This document shows, piece by piece, positions 35,341-45,282 of a stretch of DNA of 62,370 nt (position 1 is the stretch's first letter; each line of letters begins with the position of its first letter). The notes under the pieces are model-generated. The model was not told where the DNA came from. It worked only from the letters and a program-made list of their open reading frames with translations, and did not search any database. The position numbers were made by a program, and so were the translations under genes. The stretch comes from Deltaproteobacteria bacterium (GTDB lineage Bacteria; Myxococcota_A; Polyangia; JAAYKL01). Where the stretch lies: positions 1 to 62,370 of the forward strand of contig JAUXHN010000001.1 of NCBI GenBank assembly GCA_030621515.1. The letters run 5' to 3'.

Positions 35341-35477
35341 CGCGAAAGTATTTGTCTTATCTTTATGCTCCGGTCAATCAGAACAGTTTTTCGATCGGAA
35401 ATCGCACCAGACTGGATATCCTGGCACCAAATGAGATATATTGCATTGTTGCTGTCTTCTGCGAAACGAGTAATGCC

Positions 35478-35876
35478 TTGTCTATTGATGACGAAAACCG
35501 AAGAGGCGCTCCCCGTGCTCTCATCGAGCTGAAAGTAGAGTATCGACGCCTCAACACGTTCTTCGCGGACTACACCAGGAACATCAGCCGCGGCGGCACG
35601 TTCATCAAGACGAACAAACCCCTGGATGTCGATACGGAGTTTCTTTTCAAGCTCCAGGTGCCCACCCTCGAGGAGCCCATCGTCCTCAAGGGCAAGGTGC
35701 AGTGGGTCGTCACACCGGAAGAGGCAACGGACGACACACCGCCCGGGATGGGGATCAAATTTCTGTACGAGGGAGGGATCCGCCGCTCCGATATCGAAAC
35801 CAAGGTGGAGCGCCTGATGATCGACAGCCTCGGAAATCACGTTTACAACAAGCTCATTCGGCAACACCCCAAGTAG
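35478..35876 (+). CDS. PilZ-domain protein (myxobacterial TIGR02266-like type)
   Basis: 'RRGAPRALIELKVEY...FFADYTRNISRGGTFIKTNKPL...PPGMGIKF' carries the RxxxR and D/NxSxxG PilZ motifs. There is no in-frame ATG. TTG 35478 is chosen because TTG 35352 lies only 12 nt from the divergent miaB start. Start is uncertain. Confidence 0.6.
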   Translation: MSIDDENRRGAPRALIELKVEYRRLNTFFADYTRNISRGGTFIKTNKPLDVDTEFLFKLQVPTLEEPIVLKGKVQWVVTPEEATDDTPPGMGIKFLYEGGIRRSDIETKVERLMIDSLGNHVYNKLIRQHPK

Positions 35877-35990
35877 CCGCTCTCCTGACAACCACTTCTC
35901 CTCCCGCTCACAAGCCCCAAAAAGAATTAGATCGTTTGCCTTGACTTAGGGGCGTCGATTGGAATAGTTCTCAAATATACTGAAGTATTC

Positions 35991-36518
35991 ATGCATCAAG
36001 ACGAAGAGGTCACCATGGCAAAACGGGACGTGGAACAAGAAAACGTGAGGATCACCGAAGTCCCGCCACCTCCCTCCGCCATAAAGAAGGTCGATGACGT
36101 TTTCATCGTCGTCACACAGGCGTTCTGTCCCAACAACCACAACCTGGTGACCACCGACAACGAAATGTTTGACGGCTACCCGGGAATCGGGCTCAAACTC
36201 GTCTCCGGAAATCGAACCGGCAAGGTATTTCTCTCACCTTTTCACGGGGACGATTCCAAAAAAGGCGATCTGGATTGGGAAAACGGCACCCGCATGGAGG
36301 TGCGATGCCCCAAATGCGATATCGTTCTTCCCAAACTGGCGAGGTGCCGCTGCGACAAGGAAGGCTATGAGGGCGATATCATCAAGCTCTATCTCAACTC
36401 GTCATTGAACGACAGCCATATCCTGGCCCTGTGCAACGTCTGGGGATGTCGCAGATCTCGCACCATCGACAACTGGAACATCATCTCGGAATATTTCGAC
36501 GGACAGATCAGCGATTAA
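35991..36518 (+). CDS. Hypothetical Cys/His-containing protein (possible zinc-ribbon)
   Basis: 'CPNNH...CPKC...CRC...CNVWGC' spacing. Alternative start ATG 36015 is preceded by GAAGAGG. No family recognised. Confidence 0.45.
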   Translation: MHQDEEVTMAKRDVEQENVRITEVPPPPSAIKKVDDVFIVVTQAFCPNNHNLVTTDNEMFDGYPGIGLKLVSGNRTGKVFLSPFHGDDSKKGDLDWENGTRMEVRCPKCDIVLPKLARCRCDKEGYEGDIIKLYLNSSLNDSHILALCNVWGCRRSRTIDNWNIISEYFDGQISD

Positions 36519-36680
36519 TTTACCTTCACACCTGCCAAAACGCAACAGCTGCATCAGATAACTAGTTCCCGCACTTCGCAAATGTGGTTTCCCCCGCCAG
36601 TCTGGAATCATCCCCCTTGACTACCTGACAGAAAAGTACTACTATTGTATAAAATTACACTCTCTACGGAAGGGCGACAC

Positions 36681-36899
36681 ATGAATACCCCCAAGAAAAA
36701 AAACCGTGTTCTTTCAGTCAAGGACGTTGCCAAGATGTGCCAGGTTTCCAACGAAACCATCAGACGTTGGATCCGGAAACACGGATTGAACGCCTACAAC
36801 ATCACCGGCGGACTTGCGATAAAGATCCTGGAATCGGATCTGAGATCCTTCTCTGAAGAGCTGAAGGTATTTGTGGACTGGGACTACCTCGACGAATAG
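36681..36899 (+). CDS. Small helix-turn-helix DNA-binding protein (excisionase/MerR-like HTH_17)
   Basis: 'LSVKDVAKMCQVSNETIRRWIRKHGL'. GGAAGGG RBS before ATG 36681. Confidence 0.6.
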   Translation: MNTPKKKNRVLSVKDVAKMCQVSNETIRRWIRKHGLNAYNITGGLAIKILESDLRSFSEELKVFVDWDYLDE

Positions 36900-36905
36900 G
36901 CGTTG

Positions 36906-37607
36906 CTATTCGAGCCGAATAACTGATTCTATCATCACCGCGCTCGTAGGCACATCTTCCATTGTCCCGTTCTCCCGCTCGACACGTTCCGTCTTGGCGG
37001 ATGAAATGGAGTTCACAACCTCCATCCCCTCGTCAACTTCACCAAAAGCGGCATATGCGCCGTTGAGTTGCGGAACACTGGCGACGCATATGAAGAACTG
37101 ACTTGAGGCGCTGTTGGGATCGTTGGTACGGGCCATGGAAACGGTTCCCGGAACATGCTTGAAACCAGGAATGATCTCCAGAGTCACCCGTGAGTCCGCC
37201 TGCGCTCTGACCAGCGAGGAGTCGAATCCGCCGCCCTGGATCATGAACCCGGGGATGACCCTGTGAAAGATCTTATCCGAGTAGAATCCGCTATCGACAT
37301 AACGCAGGAAGTTTTCAACGGTCTTCGGCGCGCCTTTGCCGTACAAACCGATCACGATCCTGCCCATCGACGTCTTTATCTCAACACGATGGGTGATCTC
37401 CGGTGTTGATGGCAGTTCAAGCGGTACCGGCATGGCAGCATGGCCCGCCGGATCCCCTTGAATGGCTTTCCCCTGACCTTCAGGGGCCGCAGAAGAACCC
37501 TGACCACTGCCGCAGGATTGCAGGCATAACAAACCGACTATCAGAAATAGCGAGCCCTTGAGATGCCTTGCACGACGGACGGCAAAAAACCGGCGATGCT
37601 CGATCAC
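36906..37607 (-). CDS. Cyclophilin-type peptidyl-prolyl cis-trans isomerase (lipoprotein)
   Basis: 'GAPKTVENFLRYV...FYSDKIFHRVIPGFMIQGGGF', 'GTVSMARTNDPNSASSQFFI'. The GTG start overlaps the atpE stop (GTGA). Signal 'SLFLIVGLLCLQSC'. Confidence 0.9.
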   Translation of the reverse strand: MIEHRRFFAVRRARHLKGSLFLIVGLLCLQSCGSGQGSSAAPEGQGKAIQGDPAGHAAMPVPLELPSTPEITHRVEIKTSMGRIVIGLYGKGAPKTVENFLRYVDSGFYSDKIFHRVIPGFMIQGGGFDSSLVRAQADSRVTLEIIPGFKHVPGTVSMARTNDPNSASSQFFICVASVPQLNGAYAAFGEVDEGMEVVNSISSAKTERVERENGTMEDVPTSAVMIESVIRLE

Positions 37608-37951
37608 GGCTTGATCATAATCGCGATAATCAAAGCGTAGATTACCAGGGACTCGATCAACGCCAGGCCGAGAATCATCGGGGTGAAGATCTTGCTCGCA
37701 GCGTTCGGGTTGCGAGCGATCCCCTCCAGGGCCGCAGTGGCTGTTTTCCCCTGGGCAAAGGCGCCTCCAACCGCAGCGAGGCCGATTGCCAGCCCGGCCG
37801 CCATCGCCTTCCAACCGATGTCCTCACCACTGCTCTCTACGCCTGCCTCCTGGGCAAATACCGTCGACGAAGCAATAAACGTGACTATCGTCACAGTGAG
37901 GAAAGTGAATAGCTTGCGAATCTGCATGTCCGGTTCTCCTTTTGAATCCAC
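37604..37951 (-). CDS. atpE: F0 ATP synthase subunit c with N-terminal signal-like extension
   Basis: 'AAGLAIGLAAVGGAFAQGKTATAALEGIARNP...ILGLALIESLVIYALIIAIMI'. ~35-aa extension MQIRKLFTFLTVTIVTFIASSTVFAQE (alternative start 37927). Confidence 0.9.
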   Translation of the reverse strand: MDSKGEPDMQIRKLFTFLTVTIVTFIASSTVFAQEAGVESSGEDIGWKAMAAGLAIGLAAVGGAFAQGKTATAALEGIARNPNAASKIFTPMILGLALIESLVIYALIIAIMIKP

Positions 37952-37958
37952 TCAGAGA

Positions 37959-38732
37959 TCAGTGCTCTTCGTGGGCGATCGCCATCCCAATGTACACTAT
38001 AGAAAGAATGCAAAAAACTGCCACCTGTACGAGACATACCACCACGCCCAGAAGCAGCATGGGGACCGGCACGAGGAGCGGCACCAGCAGGGTGAACGTG
38101 GCCACAACCTTATGATCCGCGAACATGTTACCCATGAGACGAACGCTCAAAGAGAGCGGCCGTGCCAGATGGCTTATCAACTCGATGCAAAACATGAGCA
38201 GCATCAGGGGCAACGCGTACCACTTGCGGATAGGACCGAAGAAGTGCGCGAAGTAGCCGATGCCGTGATTCTTGACCCCGTAGATATGTGTGGTGAAAAA
38301 GATGACGATGGCCATGGCCAGCGTGGTGTTGAGGTTGGCCGTGGGCGGCTCGAACCCCGGAACAAGGCCCAGTAAATTGGAGAAGAAGATGAGGAAGGCG
38401 CAGCTCCCTATCAGCGGCAGAAAGAAGAGCGCCGGCTTGCGATCCATGCTCTTTTCCATGGTGCTCAGGGTGCCCTCGATCATCATCTCGAAAAAGGTGC
38501 GAAGAGTGAATCGCCCGTCGGGGATCAGCGCCCTGCTAATATTGTTGATCTTGGGATGTACGCTGAGTACGAGCCCTATCAGGAGCAAGCCGACAAAGGC
38601 GAACGCCACGACGAATTGTATGCTGATATCAGCATCGTTGACGTACGAAGTGCCGATGAAATCTTGAAGCTGCAGGCGCCACGCCTGCAGGTCGGTGAAA
38701 AGCAGATCGAACCACGTCATGCCGTGGGGCAT
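37959..38732 (-). CDS. atpB: F0 ATP synthase subunit a
   Basis: Essential Arg region 'LSLSVRLMGNMFADH'. Multi-TM. Positioned between atpI and atpE. Confidence 0.9.
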   Translation of the reverse strand: MPHGMTWFDLLFTDLQAWRLQLQDFIGTSYVNDADISIQFVVAFAFVGLLLIGLVLSVHPKINNISRALIPDGRFTLRTFFEMMIEGTLSTMEKSMDRKPALFFLPLIGSCAFLIFFSNLLGLVPGFEPPTANLNTTLAMAIVIFFTTHIYGVKNHGIGYFAHFFGPIRKWYALPLMLLMFCIELISHLARPLSLSVRLMGNMFADHKVVATFTLLVPLLVPVPMLLLGVVVCLVQVAVFCILSIVYIGMAIAHEEH

Positions 38733-39113
38733 CTACTGTTCCTCCCTCAGGGCCGCGCTGCCCTCCGACAGGCCCTGGTGTACGGACCGTGTCAGGATAC
38801 CCAAAACCAGAGAAGAAAGCCCTATCAGAAAGGCGACCGGCGACACGCGCCCGGTGCCCATCACGAGAACGACGGCCACCAGGATCGCGAGGGTCTTGAT
38901 GGCGAGAAAAATCCCAAACCGTTTCTTGCTTCCCGCTGCCGCCATGCGAATGCCCGCCCACCTGAAGCCCAGCCAGTTCAGAGCCGCCAACACCGAGCCC
39001 GCGAGCGCGCCGAGGAAGATCGGGACATCCCCGAAAAGCGTGGACGCAATGGTGATCATCGCTCCCCAGAGGAACACGTACAGATCAATTTTTCTCAGAA
39101 GACGGCGTTCCAT
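38733..39113 (-). CDS. atpI: ATP synthase protein I
   Basis: 126-aa four-TM protein immediately upstream of atpB ('LNWLGFRW...LAIKTLAILVAVVLV'). Confidence 0.6.
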   Translation of the reverse strand: MERRLLRKIDLYVFLWGAMITIASTLFGDVPIFLGALAGSVLAALNWLGFRWAGIRMAAAGSKKRFGIFLAIKTLAILVAVVLVMGTGRVSPVAFLIGLSSLVLGILTRSVHQGLSEGSAALREEQ

Positions 39114-39318
39114 TACCGCTCAACATCCTCTTTGCGGACCTCGCCGCGTCGTAGATCGCCTTGGCCGCAGCACCCATCCCCAGACCAAAGCCTACCCAAA
39201 AAAACACGGGCTCCGTATCCAACCAATCGTCCAGATACTGTCCTCCGACGATGCCGATGAGGACCGCAATTCCCATCTCCAGACCGACGGCCCCATACCG
39301 ACTCGCCTGTCTCCACAT
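39085..39318 (-). CDS. AtpZ/AtpR-like small membrane protein
   Basis: 77 aa, two TM helices. 'GAVGLEMGIAVLIGIVGGQYLDDWLDTEPVFFWVGFGLGMGAA' is typical of AtpZ preceding atpI. Confidence 0.6.
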   Translation of the reverse strand: MWRQASRYGAVGLEMGIAVLIGIVGGQYLDDWLDTEPVFFWVGFGLGMGAAAKAIYDAARSAKRMLSGNGTPSSEKN

Positions 39319-39462
39319 CTTCTTTGCGGCGGGGTCCGTGCGTTCCTCCCGATGGAGAACAACCCCATCAAAAAAAGACTATTTCGTCTACCAACCGTCT
39401 ATCACAAGTGCTGTTGTCGGTCAACAGCGACCTCCCCTAACAGGTCATAAAATAACGAGATT

Positions 39463-40002
39463 TCAGTGGTTTACTGTATCCGAGGAGGGAGACGGACGAA
39501 ACCTTCGGCCAACGAGTCCGCCGAGGGCGCCGATGCCCAGATATATCACCAGCGCGACGGCCGCACCGATCATCGTACCTCTCGTCACGGCCACAATCAG
39601 CATGCCGACGCTGCACGCCAGCGCTCCGTCCACGATACGACCCGAGAAACGACCCACCGCAACACCCACCGCGAAGGGAATGAAAAAAAGCAGAACGACG
39701 AGACTGAGGACGACACCCATGCTGCCCAGGAGGATGGAGCGCACTTCGTCTTTCTCAGCGTCGAGGCTCTCCATCGCCTTCTCGTCTTCCGAACTCGCGA
39801 GATCCTTACGTTGCTGGATTTCACCCGCCATCTCCATCGCTTCTGTCAGTCCGTCGTTCGGAGCAATTATGTACCTTGTGATGAGGACCTCACCGATGGA
39901 GACCAGCCCCCATAATATTATCGCACCGGCGGCTATCCAGCGGATGTTGAATGCTCGCCTGATCGGCTCTTGTTCGATTTCGTTCACGTTGCTTTCGCTC
40001 AA
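39463..40002 (-). CDS. Hypothetical multi-pass membrane protein
   Basis: Four predicted TM helices. ATGA overlap with the upstream HIT gene stop. Confidence 0.5.
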   Translation of the reverse strand: MSESNVNEIEQEPIRRAFNIRWIAAGAIILWGLVSIGEVLITRYIIAPNDGLTEAMEMAGEIQQRKDLASSEDEKAMESLDAEKDEVRSILLGSMGVVLSLVVLLFFIPFAVGVAVGRFSGRIVDGALACSVGMLIVAVTRGTMIGAAVALVIYLGIGALGGLVGRRFRPSPSSDTVNH

Positions 40003-40346
40003 CCCATTTGCCGCATGTCGCGGCCGCCCAGAATGTGCAGGTGCAGATGAAACACGACCTGCCCTGCTGATTTGCGGCAGTTGATGACCTGCCTGTAGCC
40101 CGTCGCGCCGATCCCCTTGTCCCGCGCGATCTTTGTGGCCACGAGCATCATCTTGCCCAGCATTGCCTTGTGGCGCTCCTCCACGTCGTCCAGAGTCTCT
40201 ATGTGCTCCCTGGGGATCAACAGAAAGTGCACGGGCGCCGCCGGGTTGATATCCTCGAAGGCGAGCAGTTCATCATCCTCGTAGAGTTTCTCACAGGGGA
40301 TCTCGCCCCTGACGATCTTGCAGAAGATACAGTCGGTGGTGTTCAT
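39999..40346 (-). CDS. HIT-family (HinT-like) protein
   Basis: 'CIFCKIVRGEIP...LAFEDINPAAPVHFLLIPREH...VFHLHLHILGG'. Confidence 0.9.
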   Translation of the reverse strand: MNTTDCIFCKIVRGEIPCEKLYEDDELLAFEDINPAAPVHFLLIPREHIETLDDVEERHKAMLGKMMLVATKIARDKGIGATGYRQVINCRKSAGQVVFHLHLHILGGRDMRQMG

Positions 40347-40483
40347 GGAAATACTAACCTCATCCCTGGAATTCCGTAGAATGGATCCGTAAGCCGTAAT
40401 CTATCTCATCTCAAGAAAAATCATCCGGCTTGTTTCCAAGTCACGTCCATAGTAGACATTAGAACACACGAAAGGACAGTGTC

Positions 40484-40681
40484 ATGGAATACAAGGGGGC
40501 CAAGGTCTTCTCGGCGACAAAGGCCAGGGAGCGTGTAGAACTGGGGAATGCGCTCACGGAATGGATCCAGGACAACCCCGATCTCGTTATCAAGGACACG
40601 GTGGTCAGGCAGAGCTCGGACAACGAGTTCCACTGCATCACCATTATCGTGTTCTACGACTTCAGAGAGGATAGGAACTAG
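40484..40681 (+). CDS. Small hypothetical protein (65 aa)
   Basis: AAAGGA RBS 7 nt upstream. Balanced composition. Ends 4 nt from the convergent prfA stop. Confidence 0.45.
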   Translation: MEYKGAKVFSATKARERVELGNALTEWIQDNPDLVIKDTVVRQSSDNEFHCITIIVFYDFREDRN

Positions 40682-40685
40682 ACGA

Positions 40686-41756
40686 TCATTCGTGGTCCTT
40701 GAGCGCCTCTGCCTGAAAGTGCGCGCGGACCGATTGTAGGAATCCGCCCAGTTCGCCCCCGAGCATCGCTTCCAACTTGTGAACGGTCAATCCGACCCTG
40801 TGATCCGTGATCCTCCCCTGAGGGAAATTGTACGTTCTGATGCGCTCCGATCGATCTCCGCTCCCCACCTGGTTTCGTCTCTGGGTCGCTCGTTCCGCAG
40901 ACAGCTCTGCCTGAATCTTGTCGTAGAGTCTGGCCCGCAGGATCTTCATCGCCTTCGCCTTATTCTTGTGCTGCGATTTTTCGTCCTGACAAATCACCAC
41001 GAGGCCACTGGGAATGTGTGTTATTCGCACCGCCGAGTCGGTAGTGTTGACGCACTGCCCACCTGGGCCGCCCGCGCGCATGACGTCGATCCGCAGATCC
41101 TTGTCCTCGTCGATGTTCAGCTCCACTTCCTCTGCCTCCGGCAACACCGCCACGGTAACCGCCGAAGTGTGGATTCTTCCCTGACTCTCGGTCACCGGAA
41201 CCCGCTGAACCCTGTGCACGCCGCTTTCGTACTTGAAATGCGAGAAGATCTCCTTGCCGGAAATGGAAGCTATCACCTCCTTGTAGCCCCCCCCATCCGT
41301 CTCGGAGGCGCTCATTATCTCCACCTTCCACCCCTGAGATTCAGCGAAGCGGCAATACATTCTGAACAGGTCCGCAGCAAAGAGCGCCGCCTCGTCACCA
41401 CCAGTGCCGGCACGAACCTCGATGATGACATTCTTGGTATCGTCGGGATCTTTTGGCAGGAGCAATAACTTGATCTTCTCTTCGAGGGCCCCGCGCCGAT
41501 CTTTCAACCCCGGTAAATCTTCTTTGGCAATCGCCTTCAGATCATCGTCATCGCCTTCGAGTGCCCCTTCGTAATCCTCGATATCCGCCAGCAACGTCCT
41601 GAACTCGCGGTACGTCGGCACGATCTCATCGAGATCGGAGCGCTCCTTCGAGAGCTTGGTGAATTCATCACGATTGGAGATGACCGAGGGATCGCAAAGC
41701 CTGGTTTCTATCTCCGTAAAGCGCTTCTCGATCTTGGCCAGCTTGTCCAGCAACAT
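40686..41756 (-). CDS. prfA: Peptide chain release factor 1
   Basis: 'MLLDKLAKIEKRFTEIE'. PxT-type recognition 'RVQRVPVTESQGRIHTS'. 'GAGGQCVN'-type GGQ ('RAGGPGGQCVNTTDSAVR'). Confidence 0.95.
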   Translation of the reverse strand: MLLDKLAKIEKRFTEIETRLCDPSVISNRDEFTKLSKERSDLDEIVPTYREFRTLLADIEDYEGALEGDDDDLKAIAKEDLPGLKDRRGALEEKIKLLLLPKDPDDTKNVIIEVRAGTGGDEAALFAADLFRMYCRFAESQGWKVEIMSASETDGGGYKEVIASISGKEIFSHFKYESGVHRVQRVPVTESQGRIHTSAVTVAVLPEAEEVELNIDEDKDLRIDVMRAGGPGGQCVNTTDSAVRITHIPSGLVVICQDEKSQHKNKAKAMKILRARLYDKIQAELSAERATQRRNQVGSGDRSERIRTYNFPQGRITDHRVGLTVHKLEAMLGGELGGFLQSVRAHFQAEALKDHE

Positions 41757-41760
41757 CCGT

Positions 41761-42834
41761 TCACTCCTGTGCTGATTGAACCTCTGTCCGAGCGCCCCTG
41801 AGATCGTCAACGGCGTGAACGAAAGATTCAAAATCCTTGAAAACCAGCAACTCCTCGTCTGCGGGAACCGACTCTCCCACCTTCTCCCTCCACAGTGATG
41901 TGCGGAGCGCGACGAGGGCTACTTCGATCTGATCATCGTCTGGTCGACGGGTGGTCAGCAGTTGCATGGCCAGCCCCGGCCACAGAAGCGGCTTCAAGAA
42001 GGGGTTGTCAACGTGGCGGCCGGCAAACCTGTTGAACTCGTAAGACACTCCTGCGACCGGGATGAGGAGCGGCAACTTTATCAACACCACAAGGATGTGG
42101 TTGTACCAGGGCTTGCCGTCTCCGGGCTTGGCCCACTCCGGCATGAAGGGCAGCAACACCGCCGCCACGACAATGAAAACGAGAATAACCACCATTATAA
42201 ACGCAGTGCCGCACCTCGGATGAAGAGTGGACTTCTTGCGGGCGTTCTCCACGGTGAGATCCTCGCCGGCTTCGTGTGTATAGATGGAAACATGCTCTGC
42301 CCCGTGGTACATGAACACCCTGCGGATGTCCTTGAACAGACTGATCGCCGAGATATAACCCACGAAGATGAGGATTTTCACGCCCCCGTCCACCACGTGA
42401 TAGAGCACGTCATTGACCGTCAGCGCCTTGCCCGTAAAGAGCATGCCGGTGTACGTCGCGGCCAGGTGTGGAAGCATTTTGAACAGCCCGATGGCCATGA
42501 CGACGCTTAACAGCATGGGTAAAATGAAGACGAGCCGGCTATCCTCGTCGCCCGAAGACTTCTCCTCTTCCGGCATGGCCTCCCTGGCCGAGAAACTGAG
42601 GGCCTGCATGCCGTTCATCATGGCTTCGAGCATCACGATGGTTCCCCGCAGGAAGGGCCACCTCAGAAACTTCAATTTGTCCCATATGGAACGCCACACA
42701 TCTTCCTTGATAACTATCTCGTTGTTCGGTCGGCGCACCGCCACAGCGAAACTGTTGGGGGATCGCATCATCACCCCCTCCATGACCGCCTGCCCTCCGA
42801 CCTGTACCTTTGTATTCTTGCTCATGATTGACAT
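41761..42834 (-). CDS. DUF1385-domain membrane protein
   Basis: 'VGGQAVMEGVMMRSP'. 'YHGAEH' motif ('MYHGAEHVSI'). GGAGGA RBS before ATG 42834. Classic rpmE-DUF1385-prfA neighbourhood. Confidence 0.85.
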   Translation of the reverse strand: MSIMSKNTKVQVGGQAVMEGVMMRSPNSFAVAVRRPNNEIVIKEDVWRSIWDKLKFLRWPFLRGTIVMLEAMMNGMQALSFSAREAMPEEEKSSGDEDSRLVFILPMLLSVVMAIGLFKMLPHLAATYTGMLFTGKALTVNDVLYHVVDGGVKILIFVGYISAISLFKDIRRVFMYHGAEHVSIYTHEAGEDLTVENARKKSTLHPRCGTAFIMVVILVFIVVAAVLLPFMPEWAKPGDGKPWYNHILVVLIKLPLLIPVAGVSYEFNRFAGRHVDNPFLKPLLWPGLAMQLLTTRRPDDDQIEVALVALRTSLWREKVGESVPADEELLVFKDFESFVHAVDDLRGARTEVQSAQE

Positions 42835-42942
42835 GGTTCCTCCGGCCGATCCACCGACACCCGAACGAGCTTCCACCCGAACGCCCAACCAAGTTAGTTC
42901 TACCCTAACTTCGCGCCGGATCCAGTATCTCTTTGATAATAG

Positions 42943-43158
42943 CTAAGAAGTGGTGACCTTGTGGCCGTATTTCCTGCGGAAGCGCTCGATACGACCCGCC
43001 GAATCGATCAGCTTTTGCTTGCCGGTGTAAAACGGATGACATTCGGCACAGATCTCGAGAGTCATATCCTTACCCTTGGTGGAGCGGGTCTTGATCTGGT
43101 TGCCGCAGGCGCAACTGATAGTAACCTCTGTGTACTCCGGGTGTATTCCCTTCTTCAT
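42943..43158 (-). CDS. rpmE: 50S ribosomal protein L31
   Basis: '[20 protein letters not shown]...[13 protein letters not shown]'. Confidence 0.95.
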   Translation of the reverse strand: MKKGIHPEYTEVTISCACGNQIKTRSTKGKDMTLEICAECHPFYTGKQKLIDSAGRIERFRRKYGHKVTTS

Positions 43159-43171
43159 CTTAAAAGACCTC

Positions 43172-44422
43172 TTATTGGTTCATGGACTCGAGGAACTCCT
43201 GGTTTGACTCGGTCCGCCTGAGCTTATCCAGCAGAAACTCCATGGAGTCAATAACATTCAATGGATGCAGAAGCTGCCGGAGCAACCATACGCGTTGAAG
43301 TACGAAATCCTCGAGAAGAAGCTCTTCCTTCCTGGTGGCGGAGCGGTTGATGTCCAGGCACGGGAAAATCCTCTTCTCCATGAGCTTGCGATCCAGGTGT
43401 ATCTCGCTGTTGCCGGTTCCCTTGAACTCCTCGAAGATCACCTCGTCCATGCGTGAGCCCGTATCCACGAGCGCCGTCGCGATAATGGTCAGGCTACCCC
43501 CACCCTCGATGTTGCGGGCGGCGCCGAAGAACCTCTTGGGCTTGTGAAGGGCGTTGGAGTCGACACCACCCGAGAGGATCTTGCCGGAGGGTGGAACTAC
43601 AGTGTTATAGGCGCGAGCGAGACGCGTGATGGAATCGAGCAGGATGATCACGTCATGGTTGTGCTCGACAAGGCGCTTGGCCTTCTCGATGACCATCTCC
43701 GCAACCTGCACGTGGCGCTGGGCCGGTTCGTCAAACGTGGAGCTGATGACCTCTCCGTCTACGCTCCGGGCCATGTCTGTCACTTCCTCGGGGCGCTCGT
43801 CGATGAGCAGCACGTGGAGTTTGGCCTCGGGGTGGTTTACAGCAACGGCGTTGGCGATATCCTGGAGAAGCACCGTCTTGCCTGCCCGGGGCGGGGAAAC
43901 GATGATGCAACGCTGGCCTTTCCCTATGGGACAGAGAAGATCGATGATCCTGGTGGAGTCGTTTTGGTTTGCCGGCGTCTCGAGGTTGTACTTCTCGTCA
44001 GGATAAAGAGGCGTGAGGTTATCGAACAGAATCTTGGTCCTGGCTACCTCTGGCGGGGCGTGGTTGATGGTCTCCACCTTGAGCAGGGCGAAGTACCTCT
44101 CGGACTCCTTGGGCGGCCTGATGTTGCCGGACACGATATCGCCAGTGCGCAGGTTGAACCTGCGAATCTGCGAGGGCGAGACGTAAATGTCGTCGGGCCC
44201 CGGAAGGTAGTTGTAATCAGGCGCTCGCAAAAAGCCAAACCCGTCGGGGAGCGTCTCGAGGACCCCCTCGCCGGTGATTGCGCCGTCCTTGTCGGATTGG
44301 GCCTGCAAGAGAGCGAAGATTAACTCCTGCTTGCGCATTCCGGCGGCGCCGTCGATCTTGTAGTCGTCTGCCATTGCGGTCAGCTCGGAGATGGGTTTTT
44401 TCTTGAGATCCCTCAAATGCAT
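43172..44422 (-). CDS. rho: Transcription termination factor Rho
   Basis: '[23 protein letters not shown]'. RNA-binding 'GFGFLR'. Walker A 'SPPRAGKT'. '[25 protein letters not shown]'. Confidence 0.95.
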   Translation of the reverse strand: MHLRDLKKKPISELTAMADDYKIDGAAGMRKQELIFALLQAQSDKDGAITGEGVLETLPDGFGFLRAPDYNYLPGPDDIYVSPSQIRRFNLRTGDIVSGNIRPPKESERYFALLKVETINHAPPEVARTKILFDNLTPLYPDEKYNLETPANQNDSTRIIDLLCPIGKGQRCIIVSPPRAGKTVLLQDIANAVAVNHPEAKLHVLLIDERPEEVTDMARSVDGEVISSTFDEPAQRHVQVAEMVIEKAKRLVEHNHDVIILLDSITRLARAYNTVVPPSGKILSGGVDSNALHKPKRFFGAARNIEGGGSLTIIATALVDTGSRMDEVIFEEFKGTGNSEIHLDRKLMEKRIFPCLDINRSATRKEELLLEDFVLQRVWLLRQLLHPLNVIDSMEFLLDKLRRTESNQEFLESMNQ

Positions 44423-44660
44423 GTCATTTCCCTTTTTGGTTCTTTGTCTAAGAAACTCTTGTGATACCGCTGTCTCGCGGTTTTTTGGAATTGCCTGTAA
44501 GCCGGGGAGACTTGTTTTTCTTCTGTCTTGCTGCTTATCTTGACACTTGTGTTGCGGTGTCGTTCTTTTAAACCTGGAGCGGCAAGAACGATGATTAATT
44601 CTGCGAGTTATTTTAGTCCCGACCCTTTGGTTGTCAAGTATTATCATACGGAGATAGACA

Positions 44661-45155
44661 ATGACCATCGATGCGGCACGAATCGCCATATTGTCCATGC
44701 TGATTGTTTCCCTCACGTGCGCAACGGCGTGCAAGGGTGATAAGAGCGCGGTGGATGCGCCGAAGGACCCTGCCAGATGCAAGCTCCTCGATCTCGGCGA
44801 GGCTACGGATTTCATGTCCTCGGGCAAGCCGGTCCCCGATGATCAGCTCGTCGGCATGGCGGGAATTGCCGACCCCAAGATGCTGGTCTGGCAGGATGCC
44901 AAAACGAAGCGGGTCCATTACGTCACCAAGATCATGGGCGCCGGCGGCAAGCTCCTGTACACCGAACAGGTGCCGGCGGGCGAGAAACCGCGAATTCTCG
45001 CGAATTTCAAAGGGACCATCAGATTGTGGAAGAATATCCCCGGGAAAGACGCTCTTGATATGGCGAAAGCGTTGAAGAAGGAATGGGGGACGGAGATCGA
45101 TATGAACGATACCTACCTGCTCACCGGCGGCGTCAAGCCGGACGGTTGTAAGTAA
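44661..45155 (+). CDS. Hypothetical lipoprotein
   Basis: [32 protein letters not shown] lipobox. Confidence 0.5.
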   Translation: MTIDAARIAILSMLIVSLTCATACKGDKSAVDAPKDPARCKLLDLGEATDFMSSGKPVPDDQLVGMAGIADPKMLVWQDAKTKRVHYVTKIMGAGGKLLYTEQVPAGEKPRILANFKGTIRLWKNIPGKDALDMAKALKKEWGTEIDMNDTYLLTGGVKPDGCK

Positions 45156-45194
45156 TAGCATTTACACCTTCTTTTAAGGGAGGGTGTGATAAAA

Positions 45195-45276
45195 GGCCCT
45201 GAAAGGGGCCAGGGGTCTATGTCCTTCCCATACCCGGGGCGTTGCCCCGGGCTGGTATGTAACGCCCCTTCGGGGC
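45195..45276. terminator. Three GC hairpins in a convergent intergenic region
   Basis: ggccc-tgaaag-gggcc (45195-45210); cccggggc-gtt-gccccggg (45233-45251, 8 bp); gcccc-ttc-ggggc (45264-45276, 7 nt beyond the giant-gene stop). Confidence 0.4.
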
Positions 45277-45282
45277 CAGGAG

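Noticed and set aside
44423-44827. 135-codon upstream extension of the rho ORF
   Set aside because: It has no similarity to the Rho N-terminus and is basic and low-complexity. The canonical [14 protein letters not shown] start at 44422 has an upstream purine-rich RBS, so the region is more likely the rho leader.
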